Positions 1 through 13,400 of a stretch of 64,000 nt of DNA are shown piece by piece (position 1 is the first letter of the stretch; every line of letters begins with the position of its first letter). A program made the translations under genes and the position numbers. The stretch lies in the IMG/VR virus record IMGVR_UViG_3300046359_000084, one strand, 5' to 3'. A model generated the notes under the pieces. The model ran no database searches. It saw nothing but the letters and a program-made list of their open reading frames with translations, and was not told the DNA's origin. Origin of the DNA: an uncultured virus (IMG/VR IMGVR_UViG_3300046359_000084) (Duplodnaviria; Heunggongvirae; Uroviricota; Caudoviricetes; Schitoviridae).

Positions 1-1224
1 AAAACACAGACACAAGTTACTACTCCAGTCATAAATAAACTTATACTAAAGACAAATAAAACATTTACAGATAATTTCTATATGCAATTATCTTGGTTCA
101 ATATATCTGAAACTTTATATACAGGAGTAGGTAGAACAGGTGCTAAACGTGGAGATCTATGGTGGGTAGATACTGATGTTGCTCCTCGAGCAGATTGGTG
201 GGCTATATATTTAGCTGGATTTACAGATACAACAACATCTGCTCCTTTAGGATTTAATAATATAAGTTCCTTTTTATATTTTCAAGTTGATGAAGATAAT
301 TATAAAGTTTTAAAAGTTACAGGCTTAGAACATAGAAACTATGTTTACAAGGGTAAATACACAAGTGTGAATAGTAAACAAGCATTACTTGACCCAGATA
401 AAAGTGATTTAATTATCCCTTTGCATGAACCAACATTAAAACGATTACCTGGTGCTTATAGAAATGAAGTTGTTGTTCGATCACATAATTTAGTATTTAA
501 TAGTTATGAGATTGTTAAACGTAGATGGTATCAAACAACTTGGTTCAAAATATTTGTTATTTATATATTGATTAATATTTTAGTTATTATTACTGTTGTT
601 ACTGTTGGTATTGGTACAGGTCCTGCTGGTACAGTTGCTGCTGCTATTGTTGCAGCATTAACTGTTACTGGTACTGCAGCCTTAGTATTAACTTTAATTT
701 TACAAATAGTGATTTCAGTCATTGCAGGAATAATAATAAAAACTATATTAGAAGAAGTTTTTAAATTATTTTTTGATGATGAACTTGCAGCATTATTAGC
801 TACTATTGGGACAATAGTGGTGACTATAGGTATTTCAGGAGCGTATGAAGGCGTATCATTTACAGAAGCAGCAGTTTCTATATTATCTGATCCATTAACA
901 TTATTAGCTTTAACAGTTAATGTAGCTGATGCTACTTTGACTTATGTTAATACAACTAATCAGAATAAACTGATTTCTGGTACAGAAAATGCTAAAAGAT
1001 TATTTGATAAAAATAAAAAAATTATTGAAAAAAATACAGAATTGTTTAATCTTGAACCAAAGATAGATAATACAGAAGAAATAATATTAGATACATTAGT
1101 TTTTCCAGAAAAAAGAAATGATTTCTTAACAAGGTCTTTAATTACTGGAACATCTGTTAGACAATTAACATTATCTATGGTATATGATTTTGTAGATTAT
1201 TCAAAAATTTTAGGTAAACTGTAA
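1..1224 (+). CDS. Virion structural protein, N4 gp53-like (5' truncated by window)
   Basis: Frame of ORF 82..1224 is open back to base 1; long hydrophobic segments after KRRWYQTTWFK; lies directly before gp52/gp51/vRNAP as in N4-like phages. Confidence 0.7.
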   Translation, partial: KTQTQVTTPVINKLILKTNKTFTDNFYMQLSWFNISETLYTGVGRTGAKRGDLWWVDTDVAPRADWWAIYLAGFTDTTTSAPLGFNNISSFLYFQVDEDNYKVLKVTGLEHRNYVYKGKYTSVNSKQALLDPDKSDLIIPLHEPTLKRLPGAYRNEVVVRSHNLVFNSYEIVKRRWYQTTWFKIFVIYILINILVIITVVTVGIGTGPAGTVAAAIVAALTVTGTAALVLTLILQIVISVIAGIIIKTILEEVFKLFFDDELAALLATIGTIVVTIGISGAYEGVSFTEAAVSILSDPLTLLALTVNVADATLTYVNTTNQNKLISGTENAKRLFDKNKKIIEKNTELFNLEPKIDNTEEIILDTLVFPEKRNDFLTRSLITGTSVRQLTLSMVYDFVDYSKILGKL

Positions 1225-1246
1225 CTTAACATAAAGGTGATTATAG

Positions 1247-1726
1247 ATGACTGGTAATAATGGAAATACAAGTGGGTTCTTTGATTTTCTCCCTAACATT
1301 TTTGGTTCAAGTGGTAACAATGGATCATCAATGTCTATGCCACGAACACAGTATGATACGTTACTAAGATCTAATGAATACATTGATTTTGAGAATCCTA
1401 GTGCTGGCGGTGGATCAGGTATTTCTAGTTTTGGGAAACTTGGGACTAATGGTGGTATGAATACTGGTATCAAAAATAATACACTTTCTGACTTAACTGG
1501 TATAGCACAATTAATTCAAGGTTTATCAGGTTTATATACAGGTTTTGTGGGTAATCAACAAGCTCGTAGATCATTAAATTTTACTAAAGATGCTTTTAAT
1601 AGACAAAATGCTCAACAAGTTAAAACATATAATAATTACTTAGAGGATAGAGCAAGATCAAGATTTGGTATTGAAGGTAAATCTCAAACTGAAGCTGATG
1701 CTTTTATTAAAAAACAAAGTTTATAA
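1247..1726 (+). CDS. Internal virion (ejection) protein, N4 gp52-like
   Basis: 159 aa, Gly/Ser/Asn-rich, C-terminal QQVKTYNNYLEDRARSR motif, no Cys, synteny. Confidence 0.7.
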   Translation: MTGNNGNTSGFFDFLPNIFGSSGNNGSSMSMPRTQYDTLLRSNEYIDFENPSAGGGSGISSFGKLGTNGGMNTGIKNNTLSDLTGIAQLIQGLSGLYTGFVGNQQARRSLNFTKDAFNRQNAQQVKTYNNYLEDRARSRFGIEGKSQTEADAFIKKQSL

Positions 1727-1737
1727 GGATTACCGTT

Positions 1738-4428
1738 ATGGTAAAGAATACTCTTCAACAAGTAGCAATTCCTAATCTGTCTGGTTATTTACAACAAATG
1801 ACTGAAGCTAATAAAGCTATTACAGAAAGTTTTGGTAACTTTGGTAAAGCAGCAGAACGCTATCAAACAAGACAAAGTGATGCTTATAATAATCCTTTGA
1901 TTGATAGATTAAATAGAGCTGCTACTCAACAAGAGTTTAATCAAGTAAGTGATTCTATTGATTCAACACTTGCTAATCCTTTATTACGTCAAGCACAAAC
2001 AACTGGTATTCAAAAATACCAGAATTTAAATAATAAGATTCAACAACAACAATTATCTAACCAATTTGATACAACTGATTTAACGCAGTTACCTACTGTA
2101 AAAAATTTATACGATAACGAAACTGATCCAAACAAAAAACTACAATATGGTGCTTTGTATAGTAAGTTGGTTAATAACCAACAAAACTTTACTAACACAA
2201 AACGTAATTTAGAATTTAGTGATAAAGCATCAACAGATATTCTTGATGGTTCACAAGAACTTACATATAATGATGCAAGCACACCACAAGATTTAAAAAT
2301 AATTAGTGTCGCTAAAGCAAAATTAATTAATGATAAGCAAACAAGAGCATTAGCAAATATTGGTAATTTAAACACACCTAGTTTATTTAGTTCTAGTTCA
2401 TCAGCTACACAAAATACTAATACTGGTGTTGTAAATTATGATTCAATTTATAACCCAAATGATCCAGCTACAACAAGTAAAGTATTATCAGTTTTAAATG
2501 CTGGTGAAAACGGTAATGGTACAATTCCTGATAGAAAAGGAAGTCAGTACCAAGGAAATTTTCAATTAGGTAATGATATTGTAGCAGATAATGCAAAAAT
2601 ATTAGGTGTTACTCCAGGTCAAATAAGATCTAATCCTGAATTACAAAAACAAACAACTTTATTAAATAATGAACAAAACGCAAAGATATTTAAAAATACT
2701 TTAGGTACAGAGCCAACAGTAAAACAAGTACCTGTACTTCATCAACAAGGTGGAGCAGGAGGTACTGAATTATATAAACCAGAAAATGCAGATGAACCAG
2801 CATATATTGTTTTAAGTAAATTCTCTAATATAGATAAAGCTAGAGAAAAAGTATTAGCTAACGGTGGTCGATTAGATATGACTGCTAAAGAATTTACAGA
2901 TCATATTGAAAATTATTATGTATCAAAAGATCAAGAGTATAACGGTAAACCTAATAACCAATCTAAAATTGTTGGTGATACAACAACTACAAATACACCT
3001 GAATTAATAAATCGTATTAGACAAAATGCTAGTCAACAAGTACAACAAAAATATGCTCCTAGATTAGCTGCTTTAAATTCATTACCTGTAACTAAAGAAA
3101 CTATTGCTGAAACTAAAAAACAGATTACTGAATCTCGTAATTTTGAACGTCGAGCTATTGCTGAACAAATATTTAAAACAGCTACTACTCCTAAAACACA
3201 AAATAGATTATTAACTCAAATGGGGATTACTGAACCAAAAGAATTATCTGTAATAAGTAATTATTTAAAAGAATATAATTCTTCAAATTTAATCCCTAGA
3301 GCTGATGCTGAATTACCTGTTCAAGTTAAAAATACTGTAGATATAATTAATGCTGATGCTGAATCTGCTAAACAAACTATTACAAATAGTAATAAAATTA
3401 TTGCTGATAGTGAAGGATATTTAAAAACTGTTAAAAAGTATTCTAGTTTACCTAATGCTCAAGCAATAATTAATAAAGCTATTACTGAAAATGTAAATAG
3501 TGGTCTTGATCCAAAAGATAAACTTAATGCTACAACTAATTTAAGTAAAACTGTTCAACAATTAAGAAGTAAACTTAACGAAGGTTCAGATGATAGATTA
3601 TATAATATAACAGATGCTCAAGCAGTAGCTGCTATTGAATCTAGTATTGGATATAGTGATGGAGGTTGGTTCAGTTCAGAAGAGTTTGTACCTAATTTAG
3701 ATAGAGCAGTATCTTTTCTTGAAAATAATGCTACAGCTGATAGTAAAGCTATTACTTTAGAAAAACAGAATTTTACAAATGCTAGTGATAAATTAAAGAA
3801 ACTAACTGATCGTATTGAATCTATACAAATTGATATTAGTAATAATAATAATGTAGATTTACCTATTGATAAAGAAGTTTTAGAATTAAATAAATTACAT
3901 ACACAAATAAAAAATCTTAAAAGAACTGATCCAGTATTAAATAAAAGTTTAAATCCTAATGAAAGAGGATTACCAAAAACTGATACAGCAGTTACTAAAA
4001 CACAATTAGAACAAGATGTAGAGAAAGCACAAAAAGAAGGTAAAATTGTTGATCCAAACAATACACAAGAATATAAATATTCAAGTGGTACACAGAAATT
4101 AAAAGATATTATTAAATCAAATAATGTGTCTATTTTAAGACGTGTTGCTAGAGGTAATTCTGATCAACGTATAATACCTTTTGAAGAATTTAAACAACAA
4201 ACTATTCTAGTACCAATACTGACTAAAACTGTTAGTGGTAGGGGTATTGCTGGATCATCAAATATTAATACAAGAACTGCTACTGAGTCTGAAAAGAAAT
4301 CATTGTTTGATTATTTAAAAAATAATATTAAACCTGTAAATAATTCAAAGACAAAAACTTTTAATTCAGATAATAAAATAGAACATACAAATCGTTTAAA
4401 ATTAGTAGATAGAATTGTAAATAAATAA
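1738..4428 (+). CDS. Internal virion protein, N4 gp51-like, with a lysozyme/lytic transglycosylase-like domain
   Basis: 896 aa directly upstream of vRNAP; internal AGENG...GNFQL...LHQQGGAGG pattern resembles the lysozyme superfamily; no Cys seen. Confidence 0.65.
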   Translation: MVKNTLQQVAIPNLSGYLQQMTEANKAITESFGNFGKAAERYQTRQSDAYNNPLIDRLNRAATQQEFNQVSDSIDSTLANPLLRQAQTTGIQKYQNLNNKIQQQQLSNQFDTTDLTQLPTVKNLYDNETDPNKKLQYGALYSKLVNNQQNFTNTKRNLEFSDKASTDILDGSQELTYNDASTPQDLKIISVAKAKLINDKQTRALANIGNLNTPSLFSSSSSATQNTNTGVVNYDSIYNPNDPATTSKVLSVLNAGENGNGTIPDRKGSQYQGNFQLGNDIVADNAKILGVTPGQIRSNPELQKQTTLLNNEQNAKIFKNTLGTEPTVKQVPVLHQQGGAGGTELYKPENADEPAYIVLSKFSNIDKAREKVLANGGRLDMTAKEFTDHIENYYVSKDQEYNGKPNNQSKIVGDTTTTNTPELINRIRQNASQQVQQKYAPRLAALNSLPVTKETIAETKKQITESRNFERRAIAEQIFKTATTPKTQNRLLTQMGITEPKELSVISNYLKEYNSSNLIPRADAELPVQVKNTVDIINADAESAKQTITNSNKIIADSEGYLKTVKKYSSLPNAQAIINKAITENVNSGLDPKDKLNATTNLSKTVQQLRSKLNEGSDDRLYNITDAQAVAAIESSIGYSDGGWFSSEEFVPNLDRAVSFLENNATADSKAITLEKQNFTNASDKLKKLTDRIESIQIDISNNNNVDLPIDKEVLELNKLHTQIKNLKRTDPVLNKSLNPNERGLPKTDTAVTKTQLEQDVEKAQKEGKIVDPNNTQEYKYSSGTQKLKDIIKSNNVSILRRVARGNSDQRIIPFEEFKQQTILVPILTKTVSGRGIAGSSNINTRTATESEKKSLFDYLKNNIKPVNNSKTKTFNSDNKIEHTNRLKLVDRIVNK

Positions 4429-4440
4429 AGGTAATTACCT

Positions 4441-7400
4441 ATGGATAAACTTATTCCAAATTTAAATCAAATTGGTCGTAATTATGGTATAACTGCTAAA
4501 GATTTACCTAAAGTTAATTCTCCTAAAAGTCTTGATTATGATCCTAATTTACCTACAGTAAATGAAGATTTATCTATACCTAATACAATAGATATGAGAT
4601 CTGTATCTCAACAATTAAAAGATATAAGTTTAGGTGTTGGTTCAAGTGCTGTTAGTACACTAGGTAATATTGGTGGAGCAGTTATTGGATCAGATGCTTA
4701 TAATTTAGGTAATGATATAAGTAATACATTTAATAATTTAAAAACAAATTATACAAAAAATCTTGAACAACAATTATCTCAAGAATCAGATATTGCTAAT
4801 AAAGTGTTTGATAAACAAGTAGAAAAAGCACCAACATCATTATCAGCATTAAATACAAGAATTAAACAAGTTGTAGCTAATATTGCTAATACAGATATAG
4901 AACAAGCTGCAAGTAGTACCTTTGGTTCAGCATTAGGATTAGCTCCTGTAATTGCTGCAACAGGTGGTATTGGTGGACTAGCAGGAGCAACAGGAGCAAG
5001 TGTAGGAGCATCATTTGGTGCAGGATTAGGTAGTTTAACTGATGCTGGTGGACAAGCATATCAACAAGTTATAAATACACCTATTGAACAGTTATCACAG
5101 ACTTCTCCATTATGGAATAATGTACTAGAACAAAGCAATGGTGATCCAAAATTAGCTAGACAAACACTTGCAGAAATAACTGCTAAAGATGCTAATATTA
5201 ATCCAACAAATGTAGCTTTAAGTTTTGGATTAGGTGCTGCAACAAATAATTTAGCTAAAGGTTTAGCTAAAGGTAAAATAATTAATTCTAATTTAAATAC
5301 TCCATTAAATGTAGGTATTGAGGCGATTGGTGAAGGTATTGATGAAGGTAAAACAACTTATGCTTCTAATCAAGCTATTCAAGATAATGTTGATCCAAGT
5401 CAGTCTTTATCAGAAGGTGTTACAGCATCAATTACACAAGGTCTTGTTGGTTCAGGTATTACATCAACTCCATCACTTGTAGGTAATACAATTCAATCAG
5501 GATTAGAAATTGCTAAAGATGTTACTCAAAAACCAGAAGATAAAGAAGTTAGTAATATAATTAAAGAAGTTAATAAATCCTCAGAAACTGTATCTAGTTT
5601 GGTTCAACCAACAGAGAATATTCCTAATAATGAATTGATCCAAGCTGCTAATAGTAAACTTATTGCTGGTAAAGAAGATATATTTAATTTTGTATCAACT
5701 GAATATCCTAATGTTGATCTTAATAAGATGTATCCTAATAGTGATAAAGAAACACAGTTATCTACACTAGCAGGTGTTAATAATTTAATGAATGTTATTA
5801 ACAATAATGATTTTAAAACAAATCAAGAGAAGATAGAAACTGCTAGATTATTTAAAACATTAGTTAATGATATTAGAGATGGTTCAATACCTTTATTAGC
5901 AGAAACTACAGAAGCTGATAAAATTGTAAATCAAGAAATTAAAAGGCAACAACAATTACTCGAACAGTTTACACAAACAACAAAATATCAAAATTCTATA
6001 AAAGAGTTAGAAACTCTCACACAAGAGGATAATAAAGAAATTGAAGATATTATTTCTACTGGATCAAAAGAAGATATTGTATTGAACCAACGAAAAATAA
6101 AGAATGTGTTTAATCAAACTAAAACTGTATTTGAAAATAATCCATTAGGTATTAGTGAAAAGTTTATTAAGTATTTATATGATAACAAAGAAATATTGTC
6201 TAAAAACACAGATTTTACACAAGAAGATTTAGATTTTATTGATACGTTATATAATACAAAACAAGATGAACAAGCAGCAAAATCTGTTAATGAAGAAATT
6301 AATTCTAATGTGGATAATGCTGATGAATTAGTTAAATCAAATGTTGATAATGTGTCTTATGAAATATCTGATATAGGTAAAGCAGATGGTAAGAAATCAT
6401 TATCACAACATATTAAAGGTATTGTTACAGCGTTAAATAGTGAAACAAAGACAGCTAGAAATCAAGATGGTATTGATAATACTGCTGATGAATTGATTAA
6501 TAATTTAGGTGGTTTTGCTGGACACATGAAACGTAAAGCAGAAGCTGCTATACAGTCTATTAATGGTGGTAAAGGTGAACAAATTAAGTTTGATCCGTTT
6601 AGTGGTTTCAGACAATACAATAAAGATAATGAAAGATCTAAAGCATCTGTATATGTTAATCTTGGTTCAAAAAACTCTATTTATACAGGATTAGCTGTAT
6701 TTAATGATGCGTACAGTACAATCAATACATATAATAATATGGTCAAAGAAGCTCAAAGACAAGGGTTACAATTAGAAACTGATTTGATTGAATTACCTCA
6801 AGTACCAGAAGCATTGTTAAAAAATGTAAGTGATTCTGTTAGAGAAAGATTTAATAATATTGCTCCAGTAAAAACAACAGTAACTGAACCAACACAAGAA
6901 AATAAACAAAAAGATAAAAAGAAAACTAATACAAGTTTTAGATCTGTTAAAAAAAATCTTAAAAAAGTTGTTGAGAATAACCCTATTACAGATACTACTG
7001 AACCAGAAAATAATATACCTGATTCTAATGTTAATGATGTTAAACAAATACCTACTACTAAGACTGAAGGTATTACTACTAAAAATGATAGTGATAAAAC
7101 TAATGATAACAAAGAGTTATTTAATACTTTAACTACTAAAGTAGGTAAAGTTGCTACTAATTTAGTTAATGATCAAGTAACAAAAACTGATGAAAATATT
7201 ACTAATGATAAAGTAGATAACAATGTTCATAGTGCTGGTTCAATACAAGAATCTTATTACACTGATGAAGAGGATTTATTAAAAACTTATAAAACCAAAG
7301 AATTTAAAAAAATAACTAATCGAAGTAATAAAGATGCACCTTTGACATTTAAAACATTCTTTCCTAAAATTAAAGAAGGTATATTAAATGTAAATTTTTA

Positions 7401-10400
7401 TACAAATTTATTTACTGATCCAACAAGATTAATAGAAATATTTAATCCTATTGTACCTAATAATGATTTTGAAACTATTGATAGTAATATTGTTATTAAA
7501 AGATTTAACAACTTTATAAATAAGACAGCAAATTCTTTAATAAATAATTTAACAGATATTGCTAAACAATCTGCTATAGGTAAAATATCTGTTGGTTCAA
7601 AAAATTATAGTTCTGAACAAGCATTACATTTAAGATTTTTATTAAACTCACAAGATGAGTTAGATCGTGATTTAGTATATAAAACATCTATGGCTTATGT
7701 AGATTGGTCATTAAACTTATCAAATGAAAAATTAATTACAGCTGAATTGTTAGGATCAAAAGCTGATGATTATACAGATTATTCAGGTAAAGATGTTCAT
7801 ACATTAGTACAAGAAGTAAATACTTTATTAAACCTAATTAAAAAATATTGGGGTGTTGAAGAAGATAATAATCAATCCCAGACATACACAGTAGGTATAG
7901 CAGAATTATTAGCAAGATATTTAATTACTAATTCTGAAGAGTTTGGTGCTACACTTAAATATATCAACACTAATGAGAGTAATGATGATGTTACTCAGAT
8001 ATATGAAACTTATGTTTTAACAACTAAAACACCTTATATTAGTGATCCAAACAACAAAGATAATACTCCATATAATATTTATAAAAAATCATATTTTAAT
8101 CAAACAAATTTTCTTAAAAAGATTACACAAAATAATGATGATATTGGTTATTTAATTAATGAACCAATAACAGATATTGATAGCCGTATTTCAGGTCGTA
8201 ATACTAACGTAACTAAGTTTACTCAAAATGCTATTAAACAATTACAGAATATTAAATTAAAACTTAATAAACCAATGTATGATTTATATAGACGTATTGG
8301 TCAAAAGAATTTATCTTTATTGTTTTCGTTACAAAATAAATCATTTAAACCTTTTGATAATTTAAATAAATCTTTTGTTAAAACATTAACTGGACATGAA
8401 TTAACAACTAACGAAAATATGAAAATAGCTATGTCTATTGGTTCACAGTTAGATAGTTTAAATGATCCAGAAGCAGGTGTTTACTTTAAATATAACACAA
8501 CATCTGTAAACAGATTACAAGAAGCCTATGGTGGACAGCAATCGAATAAACATTCAAGACAGTTACTTCTTACAGAAGAATATAGTGTTAATTTGAAAAG
8601 TGATGATAAAACTGATTTAAATTGGTATAGAGCAGCTATTGCTCAAAATCTAGGATTAGTTAAATTAGAACAAATTGATAATTTTAGATCAATCGTAAGT
8701 AAACTAAATGATTTTAAAAACAAACCAGAAGTTAAGAACTTTTTTAATTATTTAAATGATCCAAAACAAAAATTTGATATTAATTTAATTAATGATTTAA
8801 AAAACTTATTTGATAATGAACCAGAAGAAAAACATATATACGGTTTAACGGAATTAAATAAATATCTTAATGCTATTAAAAATAATGATACTTTTTTATC
8901 AACAATGATTGTATTAGAAATTGATGGTATTGCTAATGGCTATAACAATGCTATAGGTAACTATAATACATCATTCTTAGATAATAAATTACAGACATTA
9001 ATGCAAAGAGGTGGATTGTTTTATAACAATGATTTTACTACAAGTAATGAGTTTTTTAATAATGTTACTGGTGACACAAATGATAGTTATAATAACGTAC
9101 AAAGTTTATTCATTGATGAATTACAAAACCCAAACAAAATTATAAAAATAAATGATAAATTCTCTAAAGTAAGTTTTATTGATTTATTTCCTGAAATAAG
9201 ATCTCAAGTAATTCCTTTATTACAATCTGTTAAATTAACAGAAGAAAATAAAGATATATCATTACCTCGATCAGAAATAAAAGGTTCTGTTATACCTATT
9301 ACTTATGGTTCTGGTTCATTAGGTACAAGTAAAAAGATGCTTAAATCTTTCTTAGATAAAGTAGCTTTAGATCTTTCTATTCAAGATAATGTTATTACAG
9401 ATCAAAATAATTTAATTGATACATTAACATTTATGTTATCGTTCTCAGAACTTAATACAAATATTAAAACAAATAAAGATGGTAAAAAACTTACTACAAT
9501 TAATTTTAAAAGATTTAATGAAAATCAAATTCAAGAAATTAAAACAAATATATCTAAACGAATTAAAAATTCTGAATTATTTGAATTAACAAAGAAAGAG
9601 TTTAATTCTGCTGCAAAAGTATTTCAATCAATCTTTGGTTCAGAAGTACATTCTATAACTAAACAAACTCTTAATTCTGCTGGTAGAAATATTGATACAA
9701 TTCAACAGTTTACAAATCTTCAATCAGAAGTAGGTAAACGTGTTTATGAAGATTTAAGAGAACAAAAACTAAGAGAAATTAATAAATCTATTAATGAATT
9801 AGAAGATAATACAAAAAATATCTTACAGTTAAGTAAGAACCAAGAAAAAGAAATATTTAAACAATTACAAGAAGATAATATTTTAACCGAGTTAAAACAT
9901 AAAAATCATGTATTTGATTTAGGTACATCAGAAAAAATATTATCTAAAAATCCTTTATACGGGTTTGATTCATTTTCTTCTAATAGTAAAAGTGTTGGTT
10001 CATATTACACTGGTGTTGAAGCATTAGGTGTAGCATTTAGTGCTACATCAAATATTGGTAATGGTGATGGAATGATGATCCAACACTTTTATAATAATCC
10101 AGATATAAAAGATATTTTACCATTTATTACACAAACTTATGATGGTATCTATGTTCCTGTAAAATATGTGACTCGAGTATCTGAAGCAATTAATAAAGCT
10201 GTATGGAAAACATATCAAGAAAATTTAATATTACCTGTAGCAAAGCAATCGTATAATTTTTATACAGGAACACTAAAATATTTAAATTCTGTGGATAAAG
10301 ATAAACAACAAGAATTATTAAGTACAATTATTGAAGTTAGTCGTATTAAAAATCTACAAGAATTGTCTGATATTGAATTAGTTAAAAATTATCTTGGTAA

Positions 10401-13400
10401 TGAGGTAAAACAATTAGTTACTCTTGCTGCTGAAAGACAAGCATTTATTGATACAGTTAGAGATCATGTTGATGTTAGTATTAATCAAATGGGAGGAGGT
10501 AGAATACCTTATATACATAAAGCATCTAAAGAAAAAATTATAGATGAAAATATATTAAGAGAAATCCAAGAACAAAAATTTAATGAGTATTATAATAAAT
10601 ATGTTACAGATCTTAAATTAGAAAAACAAAATAAAGGGCTTGGAGAAATAAAACTTACTAATATTAAATCAATTAATGAAAATCAAAGTGATATAGAATT
10701 ATTTGATAAAAATTTATATAATAAATTAACTCAAAAAAGAAACACAAATGGTAGTATTTTATTAAAGGATATAGTCCCTGAATTATTAGAATTAAAAAAT
10801 GTACCTAAATCTTTGATAAATAAAATTATTCAACTTATTGATCCAAACACAGTAATATATTTAAGAGATATAGAAAATCCTGATCTTACTTCGTTGGATC
10901 AAATTAAAGATAATTTATTTCCTGAATTAAAAAATAAATCTATTGAAAATGGATTATTTACTAAAGATCTAGTAACAAGACAAACACATTTATTTATTAA
11001 TAATGTTTCCACAGAAACATTAGTACATGAATTAAATCATGTTATTCATGTTGATATGTTTAGTAAGTATTTTGGTGATAGTTCATTATTAACTGCTGAA
11101 CAAGTTGCTTATATAGATGTTCTTGTAACTCTAAAAGATGAGTTTTTAGAACTAGAATCTAATGATCGTATTGTAAATACAGTAAAACAAATTATCAGTA
11201 CAGATAATGATGTTGTTAATATGTCTGAATTTGTTTCATGGGTATTAACAAATAAACAATTAAAGACTAAATTAGAAAATATTAAATTAGATAATTCAAT
11301 TTTAAATAAAATAATTATCATTGTTGATAAAGTGTTTAATGCTTTAGTTAAATTTTTTTCTAATAGTAAGGATAAAAATCAAGATAACTTTTATGATACA
11401 TTATTGTTTACATATCTTAGAGCTTTACCAAAAAATAAAAAAGATATTAATCCAATTCAATTATTACAAGTTAATACATTAAACCAAAAACAAATAAATA
11501 GTTTTACTGAAATTAATACAAAAATATCTGCATTGGTTCAAAAACATCAAGATAGATTTAAAACTGTATCTGAACCAAACAAAACAATGTTTAAAGATAT
11601 TAATAATCAACGTAGTTCTGATAATAAATTAATAACAAATCAATTAGAAACTGTATTTAATTTCAGTCCTGTAGAGAAAATTACATTTAAAAATTTAATG
11701 AATTTATTTGATTTAGGATTAGTAAACAAATCTTATAACATTAATAAATTACAACAAGTCTATAATAAATTTATTAACGAAGTATCTTATAAAGATTTTA
11801 TTGATTCAAACACAACAGAAAATCAAGCAAGACTTAAATATGAGAATATGACTGGATTTAATGAAAATAATTTAAAAGTATTTTTTGCACTATCTCAGAC
11901 TAATTCTATGGTTCAAGATGTATTATCAAGACTTATATTTAAAGAAAATAAATTAACAGGTATAGCAATATCTGATAAATTAAATAATTTAAAAATAGAC
12001 ATTTTAAATTCTATTGATCCAGTAAATGTAGTTGGTAATGGTGCTACATTGATGAATGGTATTACAGTTGATTATTTAAACAGTGAATTAGAAGCATTAG
12101 ATGAATTAGAAAGATTGAACCAAACAAAATATAATATTGATGGAAAGATAACTACAGCAGTTGTTGATTTATTTAATAAAGTTACAGATGATAAATACAA
12201 AGATGTGTTTAAAACTAATGCTATAAGTGCTGCATTTGATCGAGCATCAGCATTGATTGGTAAATCAGATACTAAACTACCACAAGCACTAAAAGACATA
12301 TTTAAAGAACTTGTTGGTAAGACTGTTACAAGTGAAAATATTGAAAACTTAATGAACATTGTTAAAGACAAAGTACAATCTGTTAAAAATTCTTATAAAA
12401 CAATTTTACCACAAAACATAAAAGAAGAATTTAAAACAAATCCTGATAATAAAGTATTTGAAAATTTAACTACTACAGTTGGTAAAACAGATATATTTTC
12501 TCTTGGATCAACAAGATCATTTAATGAGATATTTAAAATATTATCAAGCGATAAAAATGTTCAAGAAGAAATATCTATTATAGAAAAAAGATTAAAGAAT
12601 AAAGATTATATTAGAAAATCTAAACAATTAGCTAATTATTTAATCACTGGTTCAGCAGGATTTAATTTACTTACTAATGCTAACAGTATCAGTATATTAG
12701 CAGGAGAAAGTAATTTTTTAGATGTTGATCCAAGTGATACAGTTGTACAAGATATTGATCATTTAGTTTCATTGTATGCTTTTCAACAAACAACAGATAG
12801 CAATAAACAAGAATTAAGAGATCTTATTAAAAATGATACAAGTGGATTACATATCTTATTAAGTAATTTACATGAGCTTAATCAGAATGAAAATAATAAA
12901 ACTCTTGGTTCAGAAATCAATAAGTATAACCGTAGAAAAGGATATTTACCATTCTCTATCAGAGATGGTAAGAAATTAATCATAGCCACAGACACACAAA
13001 AACTAAAGCTATTAGAAGATGGATTTGTTAGAGTAGGTGATTACACTGATCCAGTATCAAAAGTAAAAAAAGGATATTATTTATCTTCTGTTATTGGTTC
13101 ACCATATTTACAAGGTATTATGCAGACTGTTAATAACAGTATTAATGGTATGAATGTTTACAGTGGTCAAGATATGACAGGACAGTTTGCTGATTATATT
13201 ACAGACACTTTATCTATTGATAAGATCTATGATGCTACAAAGAACAATCCTAATGCAGCAGAATCATATATTCCTGTGATTGGATTAAAAGGTACAATTA
13301 TTGCTTATCAACGTAATATGCGTCAAAATATGTTAGATTTATTGAACCAAGAAAAAGACTTAACAAACCTTATGGGGATAATGAAATCAAGACAAGTTGA

